A DNA stretch of 64,000 nucleotides from Thermodesulfobacteriota bacterium (GCA_036825155.1 DAISYU010000005.1:2488-66487), one strand, 5' to 3'. Shown: positions 7,865 through 17,916, numbered from the stretch's first letter. Made by a program: numbers and translations. The notes: generated by a model not told the origin, from the letters alone.

Positions 7865-10519
7865 TTAATTTCCCCCAAACCTGTTCTTGAGCTTGTTGAA
7901 TTCATCAACGCTGGTTATCAGATCCATTTCTTTGAGGTAGGATGAGACCGTGTTGATAAGGATGCTGTCCGTGCTGGTGTCTGCGATGCTCTTCAGCAGT
8001 GTCCGTGCCTTGGCAGGATCATTGGATGCATAGGCAATTATTGCCAGGTGATAGCGTGCCCAGTTCTTATAAGAAGACTCGGGATAGGTTTTGATCATTT
8101 CATGCAGAAGCGTCTCTGCACGAGAGTTGTCCCCTGCGGCAATGAGCTGCTTTGCGCGGGCATAGAGCGCCTTTTCGATAATGGGGGAGGTCGTCTGGCC
8201 ATGAAATGCAATGATCTCCTCCAAGGTCTCGATCTCTTTGTTGTGATGTTTCAGCCTCCTGTGGATGTCCGCGAGCATGGACAGTGCCTCCAGCGATTTC
8301 TCAGAGCCTTGTGCAGCGATCGGCTCGAGGTATACGATGGCCTCTTCAAGGATGTTCATATAATACAGGAGCTCTCCCCGGGTTTCCCTCATCAGCCCTT
8401 GGGCAGGTCCGTCGGGATAGCCGTCTAAGTATGCGGAATTCCAATGAAGGGCCTGGGAATAGTCACCCAGGGAATAGTCTATGGTGAAAAGCGTCGCTAT
8501 GGCCTGCGGTTTTCTCGCTGAAGATCCCTCGGCCACAGTGATGAGCAGGGGCCTGGCCTTATCGGGATAATCGAGCTGCCTGATGGAATCCCCCAGGATA
8601 AACAGCGCATCACCATCTGTGATATCCTTCATGAAACTGTCTTCATACATCGAGTACAGATCGTATATGAGATCATAGTGTTCTTCCAGGTACAGCGCCT
8701 TCAGCCTGGAGAGAATGGTTTTTTCGGCCTCGGCCTGTGCATACTGGTGGATGGGATCGTCTTTCTTCGTGTCGATCCATGCCCTGTAGTACGCTTCAAG
8801 TGCATTGTCCCAATCTTCTCTCAGGGAGAATGTCTGGGCAATACGGATTTTAACCAGGGAACCAAGAGGGCCTTCCTGGTATTCGTCGGACGTTTTGAGG
8901 CTTTCATAGATATCCATGATTTCATAGAAGGTCTTGTCTGTCAGCGTCCCCTGTGTTTCAAGGTCGCGTTCCAGCAATATCCGTGCGGTTCTCAGTTTGG
9001 CAATGATGCCGCTGTCACTCTTTGGGGATATGTTCTCCACTTCCCCAAAGATACTCATGGCCTTTTCTTTTTCCCCGAGTTGATACAGACAGTCCCCCAT
9101 TTCCAGGAGGTGATCCGCCTTGTTCGCCGGATTGCCGAGGTTGATGGCCAGGAGGAAATATTCCTTTGCCTTTGCAAAATCATTCAGGGAGTATGATGCC
9201 CGTGCAATGTTCGAATAGAGTTCGGGATCGTAACTGAACAGCGCCGGGTCTTCCTTGATGGCATCATGGTAGAACCTCAGCGCCTTAGAATACGCATTGA
9301 GGCCGAGATAGGTATCTCCGACAACGCACAGATAGTATCCCTTGAGTCCCTGCGGCATGGCACTTATATCGAACGTGTTTTTCAGACGCCTGTTCTCCAC
9401 GAATGCGTCCTGGAACAGCTCGGTTTTATTCATCAGATCGATTTCCTGGATGTTTGCCCGAAGGGCAACCTCAGCGGATGAGGATTCCTTGAGGAACCGG
9501 ATATAGTTCATTGCCTCGGAATACATCTCGGCTCTAAGGAGCATGGATATATATTCGATCATGATCCGCTCTCTCTCAGGCCCCGGCACCATTGCCTGTA
9601 TTCCTTCGCTCATGAGTCCCAATGCATCCATCAGGGAGGCTTCCGTGCGATACGGGAATGATACCGCCCAGTAGGCCCTTGCCAGAAGGATACGCTCTTT
9701 CGGTTCAAGGGTTTCCTTGCAGTCTTCGAGGGTATGTATGGTGGCAGCGACATCCCCGTGGTCAAATGCATTCTTTGCAATGCCATAGACCCTGGATCTG
9801 CTCAATTGCTTGGAGGTGATGATCTCTACAATGATTTTATTATGTATCTCATCGGTTGTTATCTCGTATGAGGCATGTTCATCCGTGAAGGAGAAGATCA
9901 GGCCCATACCGTTTTGTGTTTTCACCGTTCCTGCGTATTCCAGATACGGTGCTCTTTCGAGGTCCTTTTGAACCTGTGAACACAGGACATTCCCCTCAAA
10001 AAGGAAATACACCCGCTTGTTTTCAAGGGATCGAACCTCGGGCCACTGATCGGGATCCATGAAAAATGATACCGTGATACCGTTATCATGGGGATTGGTC
10101 TCGACGTGTTCGATCGGGCAGATCTCTGTGAGCGTCTCATGTGCGGCAACAATGTCAATAATGAAGCGGTCCGGCCTGTCAAGTGCGGTGGTCGTGTAGG
10201 TAAAAGATTTTTTCATGGTTATACGGGCAGTTTTGCCATTGAACGTGAGGGTCTCGATGATGAATGCATCCGAAACAAGTGCGGGTTCCCCGATAGTGTT
10301 GGGAAAATTGACGATCAGTGTCTGATCTTCCTGTGATAACACCGGGGTAACCGGGGTCTCCATTTCGAAGATGACCCGTGCCCTCTCCGGGGCTCCTCCC
10401 ACCTGCAGAGCCTGTGCCCAAGCGCATTCAGCAGGGGTTGTGCTCACAAGTGCCACGCACAGACATGCCGTGTACAGACATTGTATCATGATTTTTTTTG
10501 CACAATATTTTTTCACCAC
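7865..10519 (-). CDS. Secreted tetratricopeptide-repeat (TPR) protein, 884 aa, function unknown
   Basis: N-terminal signal peptide (MIQCLYTACLCVALVSTTPAECAWA) followed by many TPR-like helical repeats (repeated AxxYY/LG motifs). It lies between the two sigma-54 activator genes. The real start is probably the internal ATG MIQCLY rather than the GTG at 10519. Confidence 0.6.
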   Translation of the reverse strand: MVKKYCAKKIMIQCLYTACLCVALVSTTPAECAWAQALQVGGAPERARVIFEMETPVTPVLSQEDQTLIVNFPNTIGEPALVSDAFIIETLTFNGKTARITMKKSFTYTTTALDRPDRFIIDIVAAHETLTEICPIEHVETNPHDNGITVSFFMDPDQWPEVRSLENKRVYFLFEGNVLCSQVQKDLERAPYLEYAGTVKTQNGMGLIFSFTDEHASYEITTDEIHNKIIVEIITSKQLSRSRVYGIAKNAFDHGDVAATIHTLEDCKETLEPKERILLARAYWAVSFPYRTEASLMDALGLMSEGIQAMVPGPERERIMIEYISMLLRAEMYSEAMNYIRFLKESSSAEVALRANIQEIDLMNKTELFQDAFVENRRLKNTFDISAMPQGLKGYYLCVVGDTYLGLNAYSKALRFYHDAIKEDPALFSYDPELYSNIARASYSLNDFAKAKEYFLLAINLGNPANKADHLLEMGDCLYQLGEKEKAMSIFGEVENISPKSDSGIIAKLRTARILLERDLETQGTLTDKTFYEIMDIYESLKTSDEYQEGPLGSLVKIRIAQTFSLREDWDNALEAYYRAWIDTKKDDPIHQYAQAEAEKTILSRLKALYLEEHYDLIYDLYSMYEDSFMKDITDGDALFILGDSIRQLDYPDKARPLLITVAEGSSARKPQAIATLFTIDYSLGDYSQALHWNSAYLDGYPDGPAQGLMRETRGELLYYMNILEEAIVYLEPIAAQGSEKSLEALSMLADIHRRLKHHNKEIETLEEIIAFHGQTTSPIIEKALYARAKQLIAAGDNSRAETLLHEMIKTYPESSYKNWARYHLAIIAYASNDPAKARTLLKSIADTSTDSILINTVSSYLKEMDLITSVDEFNKLKNRFGGN

Positions 10520-10683
10520 ACGAGAGAATACAACATCTGTGCCAGCACACAGGAGGTACGGCGCGGTATAGGTAATTACCCTTTCAGGATCACATCTCCC
10601 GCTCCTCTATAGGAACAAACGCACATGCCGGGATCGGGACATATCAAAGAGGTACAAGAAGAGGCCGGGATGATGAGAGGTAC

Positions 10684-12084
10684 CTAGCCCATATTGATTT
10701 CGGTAGGCTTCTGGAGTTTTTGTTTCTTGATTTTTTCCACCAGCGTGGTTCGATTTACATGAAGGAGCTTTGCTGCACGGTTCTTCACCCAGTTGCTCCT
10801 GTTGAGCGCCTGTATAATGATGCTCTTTTCAAATTCGCTCACAGCCGTCGAGAGGTCGATGCCGGTCTCGGGCAGGTCAATATGGGGGATGTCGGAAGAG
10901 GCATCTCCGGATCCCGAGAGAACCTTCTCGGGCAGATCGCTCAGTTCCACTTCCGGGTTGTCGCACAGTACCACCATGCGTTCCACGATATTTTCAAGTT
11001 CACGCACATTGCCCGGCCACTTGTAGTTCATGATGACCGATAGCGCTTTTTTGCTGAAACCGGACGGGGTCTCTGTATTAGAGCCGTATTTATTCAGGAA
11101 ATGCTTGATGAGCAGTGGAATATCATCTTGCCTGTCCCTCAGCGGCGGCAGTGTTATGGGAATGACATTGAGCCGGTAGAAGAGGTCTTCCCTAAACCGT
11201 CCTTCAGCGACTTCCTCTTCCAGGTTCTTGTTCGTCGCTGCTATGATCCGCACATCAGCCTTGATGGTCTTTATTCCGCCGACCCGTTCAAATTCTCTTT
11301 CCTGGATCACGCGCAGGAGCTTTACCTGGAGGTTCGGGCTCATCTCGGATACCTCGTCCAAGAAGATGCTCCCACCACCGGCAAGTTCGAAGCGGCCGAT
11401 CCGGGTTCTGAAAGCACCGGTAAATGCCCCCTTCTCATGGCCGAAGAGTTCGCTCTCGAGCAGTTCTTCCGGTATGGCTCCGCAATTGACCGGGACAAAG
11501 GCATTCTGGGATCGGGGAGAGTTGTAGTGCAGGGCTCTTGCCACCAGTTCTTTCCCTGTCCCCGACTCACCGAGGATCAACACCGTGGAATCAGTCGATG
11601 CGACTTTGTCGATCATGCTGAAGACCCGCTGCATCTTGTCCGATGTCCCGATGATGTTTTCAAATTTGTAGCGGGCCTTGAGCTGCTGTTTCAGGTAGGT
11701 GTTTTCTTCCTGCAGGGCAAGGTGGTCGAGCGCCTTCTTCACGACGACCTTGATCTCGTCGGCCTTGAACGGTTTTGTGATATAATCGAATGCGCCCAGC
11801 CTCATGGCATCGACTGCGGTCTTGACCGAGCCGTAACCGGTATAGATGATACCGATACAGTTGAGCTTGTTCTCCATGAGGTAGTGTATGACCCCGAGCC
11901 CGTCGAGTTCCGGCATCTGGAGGTCGGTCAGCACGACGTGAAAGACATCCTGGGAGAGCTTGGCTATGGCATCCTTGCCGTCAACGGCGCTCGTTACGTT
12001 ATAGTCTTCTTCACAGAGTATCTCGGAGAGGTATTCCCTGTTTTGAATCTCGTCGTCAACGATCAGAATGTTATGACTACCCAT
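10684..12084 (-). CDS. NtrC-family sigma-54-dependent response regulator
   Basis: Receiver domain (ILIVDDE ... VVLTDLQMPELDG), AAA+ sigma-54 interaction domain (GESGTGKELVARALH, GAFTGA) and a Fis-type HTH. The track ORF starts at TTG 12135. An ATG at 12084 (MGSHNILIVDDE) with a GAGGA ribosome-binding site is the more plausible start. Confidence 0.85.
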   Translation of the reverse strand: MGSHNILIVDDEIQNREYLSEILCEEDYNVTSAVDGKDAIAKLSQDVFHVVLTDLQMPELDGLGVIHYLMENKLNCIGIIYTGYGSVKTAVDAMRLGAFDYITKPFKADEIKVVVKKALDHLALQEENTYLKQQLKARYKFENIIGTSDKMQRVFSMIDKVASTDSTVLILGESGTGKELVARALHYNSPRSQNAFVPVNCGAIPEELLESELFGHEKGAFTGAFRTRIGRFELAGGGSIFLDEVSEMSPNLQVKLLRVIQEREFERVGGIKTIKADVRIIAATNKNLEEEVAEGRFREDLFYRLNVIPITLPPLRDRQDDIPLLIKHFLNKYGSNTETPSGFSKKALSVIMNYKWPGNVRELENIVERMVVLCDNPEVELSDLPEKVLSGSGDASSDIPHIDLPETGIDLSTAVSEFEKSIIIQALNRSNWVKNRAAKLLHVNRTTLVEKIKKQKLQKPTEINMG

Positions 12085-12184
12085 ATATGCCCTATCCTCG
12101 ATATATAGTATAGAGCACTTTTTTACATGCGTCAATATCTAGACGCTCATATACTATATAAAAATGGGATTTTCTTGGAAGATG

Positions 12185-12493
12185 TTATGGGTTGCCGTTT
12201 ACCCGATCCCTCATATCTTTCCCGGACTTAAAGAAGGGGAGTATCTTGGCATTCACCTGGATTTTCTCGCCGCTCTTGGGGTTTCTCCCGATATAGGGCT
12301 TATAGTCTCTCATAACAAAGCTGCCAAAACCACGTATTTCAACGCGCCGGCTTTTCTTCATTGCATGTACCATGGAGTTCAAAATCGTATTTACCATGGA
12401 TTCGGCTTTCTTCGGATGGAGAGCCATACGCATTGAGAGTTCTTCTATAAGTTCTGATTTGTTCATTTCTCCCCTCCTGTAATGGGTATACAC
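12185..12493 (-). CDS. ihfB: Integration host factor subunit beta (HU/IHF family DNA-bending protein)
   Basis: 102 aa. MNKSELIEEL ... VEIRGFGSF ... PFFKSGKDMRDR matches IHF-beta hallmarks from memory. Confidence 0.8.
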   Translation of the reverse strand: MYTHYRRGEMNKSELIEELSMRMALHPKKAESMVNTILNSMVHAMKKSRRVEIRGFGSFVMRDYKPYIGRNPKSGEKIQVNAKILPFFKSGKDMRDRVNGNP

Positions 12494-12522
12494 AATTAAT
12501 TATAAGGGGTTGTGTATTTATG

Positions 12523-13254
12523 TCAAGTTTTTTTATGGATTTTTAGTATCTTATGAAGATTTGATACCTCAGCAGGGGTCAGTTCACGCACGTTGCCCGG
12601 CGGGATACCCCTGATTTTGACAGGCCCCACCGATATTCTCCTGATGGAGGTCACTTCCAGGCCAACGGCATGTGCCATGCGTTTGATCTGATTTTTGAGT
12701 CCCTGTACAAGGGTAATTTTTATCGTTGTTTCACTACTGGTTGCGGCAAGTTGCTCGATCTGTGCCGGCCGGGTCTTTTTTCCGTCCAGATAAACACCTT
12801 CGCTCATGGTGGAGATCTGATCGTGATGTGCCTGTGGTTTTACGGTGACAATGTAGGTCTTTTTAAGGTCGAAAGAGGGGTGATGAATCGCATGTGCCAA
12901 ATCTCCGTCATTTGTCAGAAGGAGTAGGCCTTCTGCGTCAAAATCAAGTCTCCCTACCGGGAAGACACCTGAATATTCCTTCGGGATGAGGTCTTTGATA
13001 CACGGTCTTTTCTGAGGATCATACATGGTGGTGAGGACGAACTTGGGCTTGTTCATGGCGATATATGTCATGTTCTGTGCTGTCACGGTTTCTCCGTCAA
13101 TACTCACTTCATCCTTTTGGGGATCCACGGTATCGCCGATTTGTGCCGTGTGATCATTGATGGCAACGCGTCCGGAGGAGACGAGTTCGTCGGCCTTGCG
13201 TCTCGATATAGTACCGGTGGAGGCAATGAATTTGTTGATGCGGATTCTTGGCAT
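12523..13254 (-). CDS. Pseudouridine synthase, RsuA/RluB family (S4 domain plus catalytic domain)
   Basis: S4 RNA-binding N-terminus (MPRIRINKFIASTGTISRRKADELVSSGRVAIN) followed by a catalytic core with GRLDFDAEGLLLLTNDG. The start is trimmed to the internal ATG at 13254. Confidence 0.8.
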   Translation of the reverse strand: MPRIRINKFIASTGTISRRKADELVSSGRVAINDHTAQIGDTVDPQKDEVSIDGETVTAQNMTYIAMNKPKFVLTTMYDPQKRPCIKDLIPKEYSGVFPVGRLDFDAEGLLLLTNDGDLAHAIHHPSFDLKKTYIVTVKPQAHHDQISTMSEGVYLDGKKTRPAQIEQLAATSSETTIKITLVQGLKNQIKRMAHAVGLEVTSIRRISVGPVKIRGIPPGNVRELTPAEVSNLHKILKIHKKT

Positions 13255-13396
13255 GTAAGGTTGTATATACCAAAAAAGATGGCCTTGTCTATTCAGGGAG
13301 ACGATTGAGATGGCATCCTGCTGCACCAGCATGGTGCCTGCCGGCACTGGTATCGTGATGTCTCAAGCGGGTTGAGATCCCTCCTGCTTTGAGAGT

Positions 13397-13882
13397 TCAG
13401 GATGTGGGGTTTTCGTCCCTGCGCAGATCCTTTCTGCAGATATCACATGAGTCTTCACTGTATGGGTGTGTATCACTGTATACGATGAAGCCCACATCAT
13501 CCGTGTTATAGTTCTTCATGCATCTGCTGCAGATAAGACGCCCGATAGTGTCGAGGCAGCCGATAATATGCCGGGTATGACTCTTGTCTTCAGCGACCTC
13601 GGCGTTGAATTCGCTGATTATCCCGAACGAACCGCACTGAGGGCATACATATCCTTTGTCTGCCTGCCAGAATGTCGTGGTGCAGGTGAGGTTTGAACAA
13701 TAGTAGGTGGAGACCCTGTCCCGGTATTTCTCGAACATGGCTTTTACTATGTCCAGATAAAGATCCTTCTTCACAGTCCCGTCTGTGCCGCTTTCCAGGA
13801 GCGACTGATCATGATCTTGAGATCGGGGGATACCTGCATCATGTTTCACATCTTCTTTGGGCGGCCTGTCTTTCTTTTTCAT
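13397..13882 (-). CDS. Hypothetical double zinc-ribbon protein
   Basis: Cys pairs at C-x4-C...C-x2-C (YCSNLTCTTTFWQADKGYVCPQCG) and C-x2-C...C-x2-C (CSRCMKN...CDICRK). Probable start is MKKKDRPP at 13882, with an AGAGGGG ribosome-binding site 8 nt upstream. No recognisable catalytic domain. Confidence 0.5.
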   Translation of the reverse strand: MKKKDRPPKEDVKHDAGIPRSQDHDQSLLESGTDGTVKKDLYLDIVKAMFEKYRDRVSTYYCSNLTCTTTFWQADKGYVCPQCGSFGIISEFNAEVAEDKSHTRHIIGCLDTIGRLICSRCMKNYNTDDVGFIVYSDTHPYSEDSCDICRKDLRRDENPTS

Positions 13883-14106
13883 ACAATCAACCCCTCTTTC
13901 ATCACGAGGTAGTGTTTCGTGTAAGCCTTGAGTAAGGTCATATGATCCGATTTTCAATGCTTGTGTTTTCGATTCCTTCGTCAGGATCATGATCGCCCGC
14001 AGCCAGCTCTCTGATATTATGAAAGATATTTCTCAAGGATACATTTATACGTGATGGCCGGGACGAGTCCGTTGATTGGTCCTTGCATGAAAGGTTCCGT
14101 ACTCTT

Positions 14107-14817
14107 CTATGAAAGGTCGATGGGTATTTTATTCGAGATGGCAACGCCTTCAAAGGTGATATGTGTCGAGTATGCGAGTATCTCCACGCCGGATGAGTGT
14201 GCAGCCCGCAGTTCTTGGCCATATTCAGGATCGATGTGGTCTGCCGGCCTGAAGACTCTGCCGTCCATGCGTTGTACGAGAAAAAACATCACACAGCGGC
14301 TGCCTTCACCCGTCTCGTGCTGCAGTTCCACGAGGTGTTTCAGCCCACGGGCGGTAACGGCATCAGGGAACATGACGATTCCGTCTAGGGCAAGGGTGCA
14401 GCTCTTGACCTCCACAAGGCATGGTTTGCCGCTCCCCTCAAGGAGAAAATCGATCCGGGAGTTGCGGCCATAGGGAACCTCGGTGCGTATGCCGTCATAT
14501 CCCGACAGCTCCGGGATCAATCCGGATTGGACCGCTTTCTTCACGATGCGGTTGGCCATGAGGGTGTTCACCACCACGAGCGATGAGGGCATCTCCATGA
14601 TCTCCAGGGTGTGGGGGAATTTTCTCTTCTCATTGGACGAACGGCTCAGAAACACCCGTCTTCCGGGCTCCAGGCAGGATCGCATGCTGCCGGAATTCGG
14701 GCAGTGGGCGGTGATGATCCCTCCTGACTCGAGCCGTACATCCACCATGAAACGCTTGTAGCGCCGGATAAAAATCGCTGAGGTAAGTTCAGGCCAGTGT
14801 ATGAGGTATTCCTGCAT
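14107..14817 (-). CDS. sfsA: Sugar fermentation stimulation protein SfsA
   Basis: Contains FIRRYKRFMVDV ... AHCPNSGSM, typical of the SfsA family. The start is ambiguous between the TTG at 14829 and the ATG at 14817. Confidence 0.8.
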   Translation of the reverse strand: MQEYLIHWPELTSAIFIRRYKRFMVDVRLESGGIITAHCPNSGSMRSCLEPGRRVFLSRSSNEKRKFPHTLEIMEMPSSLVVVNTLMANRIVKKAVQSGLIPELSGYDGIRTEVPYGRNSRIDFLLEGSGKPCLVEVKSCTLALDGIVMFPDAVTARGLKHLVELQHETGEGSRCVMFFLVQRMDGRVFRPADHIDPEYGQELRAAHSSGVEILAYSTHITFEGVAISNKIPIDLS

Positions 14818-15009
14818 AGCTTTGAGCAATACCGTGTGCCGGCAAAAAGGTCCAGGATCTTGTGCCGGTCATGAATGATTTTTTCAGCTCGTCGATACGG
14901 GGAAAATGTGTGACTGTTTTTCGCAATCAACGGGAATAACATACGATGTTCATGCTTGGATGGTATCATTTTGACACTTATAATATCTTTACGGTATAAG
15001 ACCGGCATA

Positions 15010-15624
15010 ATGAATACAATGATCCAACAGCTCGTGCTTCTCGTGGTCCCGGTCCTGTTCTCCATAACCGTTCATGAGGTCTGTCACGGGTATGCGGCAT
15101 ACAGGCTCGGAGATCCGACGGCAAAGCTCGCCGGCAGGCTGACGCTCAATCCCATAAAACATATCGATATCGTCGGCATGCTGGTACTGTTCATTACCCG
15201 CATGATCGGATGGGCAAAGCCCGTGCCGGTGGACCCGCGATATTTCAAGAATCCGAGGAAAGACATGATGTGGGTGTCCCTGGCCGGGCCTGCCTCAAAC
15301 CTGGCGCTCGCAGTCATCTTCGCCCTGATCTTCAAGGTGCTTGGCGGTGTTCTGGCCACATCATACCTGTATCCCCTGGCGTACATGATACAGATCACCA
15401 TCATGATAAATGTGGGGCTCGCCATATTCAATCTCATTCCCATTCCACCGCTTGACGGCAGTCATATCCTGGAGGGTCTGCTGCCCCATGACATGGCGGT
15501 TCAATATTCGAAACTGAGCCCGTACGGGTTCATCATCCTTCTGGCTCTGATATTTACGCGGGTGGTGGATATCGTGATTTTTCCCATTATCAGGGCAATC
15601 GTAAATATACTACTAAGCTTTTAG
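15010..15624 (+). CDS. Site-2 protease family (peptidase M50) zinc metalloprotease, small PDZ-less type
   Basis: Multi-pass membrane protein with an HEVCHG (HExxH) motif in the first TM helix and an LDGSH third zinc ligand. Start chosen at MNTMIQQ. Confidence 0.75.
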   Translation: MNTMIQQLVLLVVPVLFSITVHEVCHGYAAYRLGDPTAKLAGRLTLNPIKHIDIVGMLVLFITRMIGWAKPVPVDPRYFKNPRKDMMWVSLAGPASNLALAVIFALIFKVLGGVLATSYLYPLAYMIQITIMINVGLAIFNLIPIPPLDGSHILEGLLPHDMAVQYSKLSPYGFIILLALIFTRVVDIVIFPIIRAIVNILLSF

Positions 15625-15636
15625 CAGAGGAGATAT

Positions 15637-16629
15637 ATGGAACGCAAACGCATCGTATCAGGAATCAGACCGACCGGGGATCTTCATCTGGGACACTATC
15701 TGGGTGTGTTGAAAAACTGGGTTGAGCTGCAGCATGAATACCAGTGTTTTTATTTTGTCGCTGACTGGCATGCCCTCACCAGCGAATACCGTGACCCGTC
15801 CATTATTCAGCAGAGCTCGAAGGACATGGTCACGACCTGGCTGAGTGTGGGGATCGACCCGGAAAAATCGGTGATCTTCAGACAGTCGGATATCAAGGCA
15901 CATGCCGAGCTCTTTCTGCTCCTTTCCATGATCACGCCGCTTTCGTGGCTGGAGAGGAATCCCACGTACAAGGAACTCAAGGAAGAACTCAAGGAAAAGG
16001 ATCTGAGCACGTTTGGATTCCTGGGCTACCCAGTACTCCAGGCCGCGGATATCGTTATCTATCACGCAGACAAGGTGCCCATAGGCGAGGACCAGCTTCC
16101 CCACCTGGAACTTACCAGGGAGATCGCCAGAAGGTTCAACTTCATCTACGGCGAGGGGATCCTGAAAGAGCCCAAGGAGATCCTCACCGAGGCCCCAAGG
16201 GTCTCCGGTCTTGACGGGAGGAAGATGTCAAAATCATATAACAACGCCATCTTCATCTACGAGACCGAAGAGAGTCTGAAAGAAAAGGTGATGCAGATGC
16301 TCACGGATGTCAAGCGCATGAGGAGAAAGGATCCCGGAGAACCTAAAGACTGCAATCTCTATCCGCTGCATGAACAGTACACGGATGCGGACAAGAGAGA
16401 AGAGATACAGAAGGGCTGCAGGGATGCCAGCCTTGGATGCGTTGACTGTAAGCGTATCCTTGTTGAAAATCTCAAGAAGGAGTTTCAGCCTATCTGGGAG
16501 AAGATGGACTATTACCGGGGACACCCGACGCTTGTTGACGAAATCCTGAAGCACGGGTGTGAGAGGGCAACGGCAGAATCCGACATCACCATGGCCAGGG
16601 TTCGTGCTGCCATGCGTTTGGCTACCTAG
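15637..16629 (+). CDS. trpS: Tryptophan--tRNA ligase
   Basis: Class I signature motifs TGDLHLGHY (HIGH) and KMSKS. 330 aa. A GAGGAG ribosome-binding site lies 5 nt upstream. Confidence 0.95.
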   Translation: MERKRIVSGIRPTGDLHLGHYLGVLKNWVELQHEYQCFYFVADWHALTSEYRDPSIIQQSSKDMVTTWLSVGIDPEKSVIFRQSDIKAHAELFLLLSMITPLSWLERNPTYKELKEELKEKDLSTFGFLGYPVLQAADIVIYHADKVPIGEDQLPHLELTREIARRFNFIYGEGILKEPKEILTEAPRVSGLDGRKMSKSYNNAIFIYETEESLKEKVMQMLTDVKRMRRKDPGEPKDCNLYPLHEQYTDADKREEIQKGCRDASLGCVDCKRILVENLKKEFQPIWEKMDYYRGHPTLVDEILKHGCERATAESDITMARVRAAMRLAT

Positions 16630-16645
16630 AGTCAAGGGGAGTGGT

Positions 16646-17356
16646 ATGGGGCCTGACGGGCATGACATGAACAGGGAATTCGTACTCCACCTGTCCACAT
16701 TTGAAGGCCCTCTTGACCTCCTGCTCTATCTCATCGAAAAGAACCGGTTCACCCTGGAGAACCTCGAGGTCTGTCCCATTGTAGACCAGTACGTACACTA
16801 TATCGAAACGTGGCGGTCTTTTGATGTATCGCTGGCAGGAGAGTTTCTCGATATGGCATCGTATCTGATCTGGCTGAAATCCTGTCTGCTGCTGCCGGTG
16901 AGCAGGGATGAGAACGGTGAGATAGAATTCAACCCGGCCCGAGAGCTCCAGGAGATGCTCATGGCATACAGGGCCATCAAACAGGCATCCCGGGATCTTT
17001 CCAACAGGCCTATGCTGTTTCGCGACAAATTCCCCAAGGGAACGGCAAACGAAGAAAGAGACGTATCGATCATGAGTATGGGAGCCCTGATGCAGGCTAT
17101 CAATGCCATCAAGGCGCGTACCAAGAAGTATGTCATGAATGTGGCTGCCATACGGTACAGTATTGAGGATATGATAGTGCGGATACAGGACATGCTCAAG
17201 GCAAAGCAACGGGTAGCGCTTGGTGATGTCATACAGGGCACTGACAGAATGGAGATGATCGGGGCGCTCCTGGCATGCCTCGAACTTTCAAAAGGATCAG
17301 TTGCACGATTGATTCAGAGACGGTTGTTTTCCATGATATATATTGTGAGAAGATAG
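16646..17356 (+). CDS. scpA: Segregation and condensation protein A
   Basis: Contains the FEGPLDLLLYLIEKNRF hallmark near the N-terminus. Start chosen at the ATG at 16646 with an AAGGGGA ribosome-binding site (16667 is an alternative). Confidence 0.85.
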   Translation: MGPDGHDMNREFVLHLSTFEGPLDLLLYLIEKNRFTLENLEVCPIVDQYVHYIETWRSFDVSLAGEFLDMASYLIWLKSCLLLPVSRDENGEIEFNPARELQEMLMAYRAIKQASRDLSNRPMLFRDKFPKGTANEERDVSIMSMGALMQAINAIKARTKKYVMNVAAIRYSIEDMIVRIQDMLKAKQRVALGDVIQGTDRMEMIGALLACLELSKGSVARLIQRRLFSMIYIVRR

Positions 17357-17409
17357 ATGGGTTGCAAGGTGAACGAGGCACCGGGCGGTTCCACTGGAGG
17401 GGAGGATTC

Positions 17410-17916
17410 ATGAATACCAGGGAGATTGTCGAGTCACTTGTTTTCTCCATGAGCGGTTCTCTTTCAATCAAGGATATCCTGAAGGTGGTCCCGGATATAT
17501 CGAAGGAGGATCTGGATCGGACAGTTGATGAACTGAACGTGCTCTATGAGAAAACCGGCAGGAGTTTTCGCATTGAACGGGCCGGCGACGGGTTCATGTT
17601 CGTATCCAGACAGGAATATTCTCCTTATATCAAGGCGCTGCATGCACCCTCACGGCTTTCCAATGCTGCAATGGAGGTACTGGCGGTGATCGCCTACAAG
17701 GGGCCGTGCACCAAGCAGACAATCGAGAGCATCAGGGGGGTTGACTCGTCTTCTTCCCTGAAGAGCCTTGTCAAACATCAGCTCATCGATATCAAGACCG
17801 GCAAGCCTCTGATGTACTACACCACCACGCGATTTTTAGAGGTCTTCGGCCTCAACTCGCTCACGGATCTCCCGGATATCGCCCAGTATGAAGAGGTCTT
17901 CAGCGAGGAGCAGTAG
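17410..17916 (+). CDS. scpB: Segregation and condensation protein B
   Basis: MNTREIVESLVFSMSGSLSIKDI plus winged-helix repeats. Directly follows scpA. A GGAGG ribosome-binding site lies upstream of the ATG at 17410. Confidence 0.85.
   Translation: MNTREIVESLVFSMSGSLSIKDILKVVPDISKEDLDRTVDELNVLYEKTGRSFRIERAGDGFMFVSRQEYSPYIKALHAPSRLSNAAMEVLAVIAYKGPCTKQTIESIRGVDSSSSLKSLVKHQLIDIKTGKPLMYYTTTRFLEVFGLNSLTDLPDIAQYEEVFSEEQ

Noticed and set aside
10529-10545. TGGCAC-N5-TTGT on the minus strand upstream of the TPR gene, as a possible sigma-54 promoter
   Set aside because: The -24 element is perfect, but the -12 element is TTGT, which lacks the conserved GC. The downstream leader has no ribosome-binding site. 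Kept only as a weak candidate.
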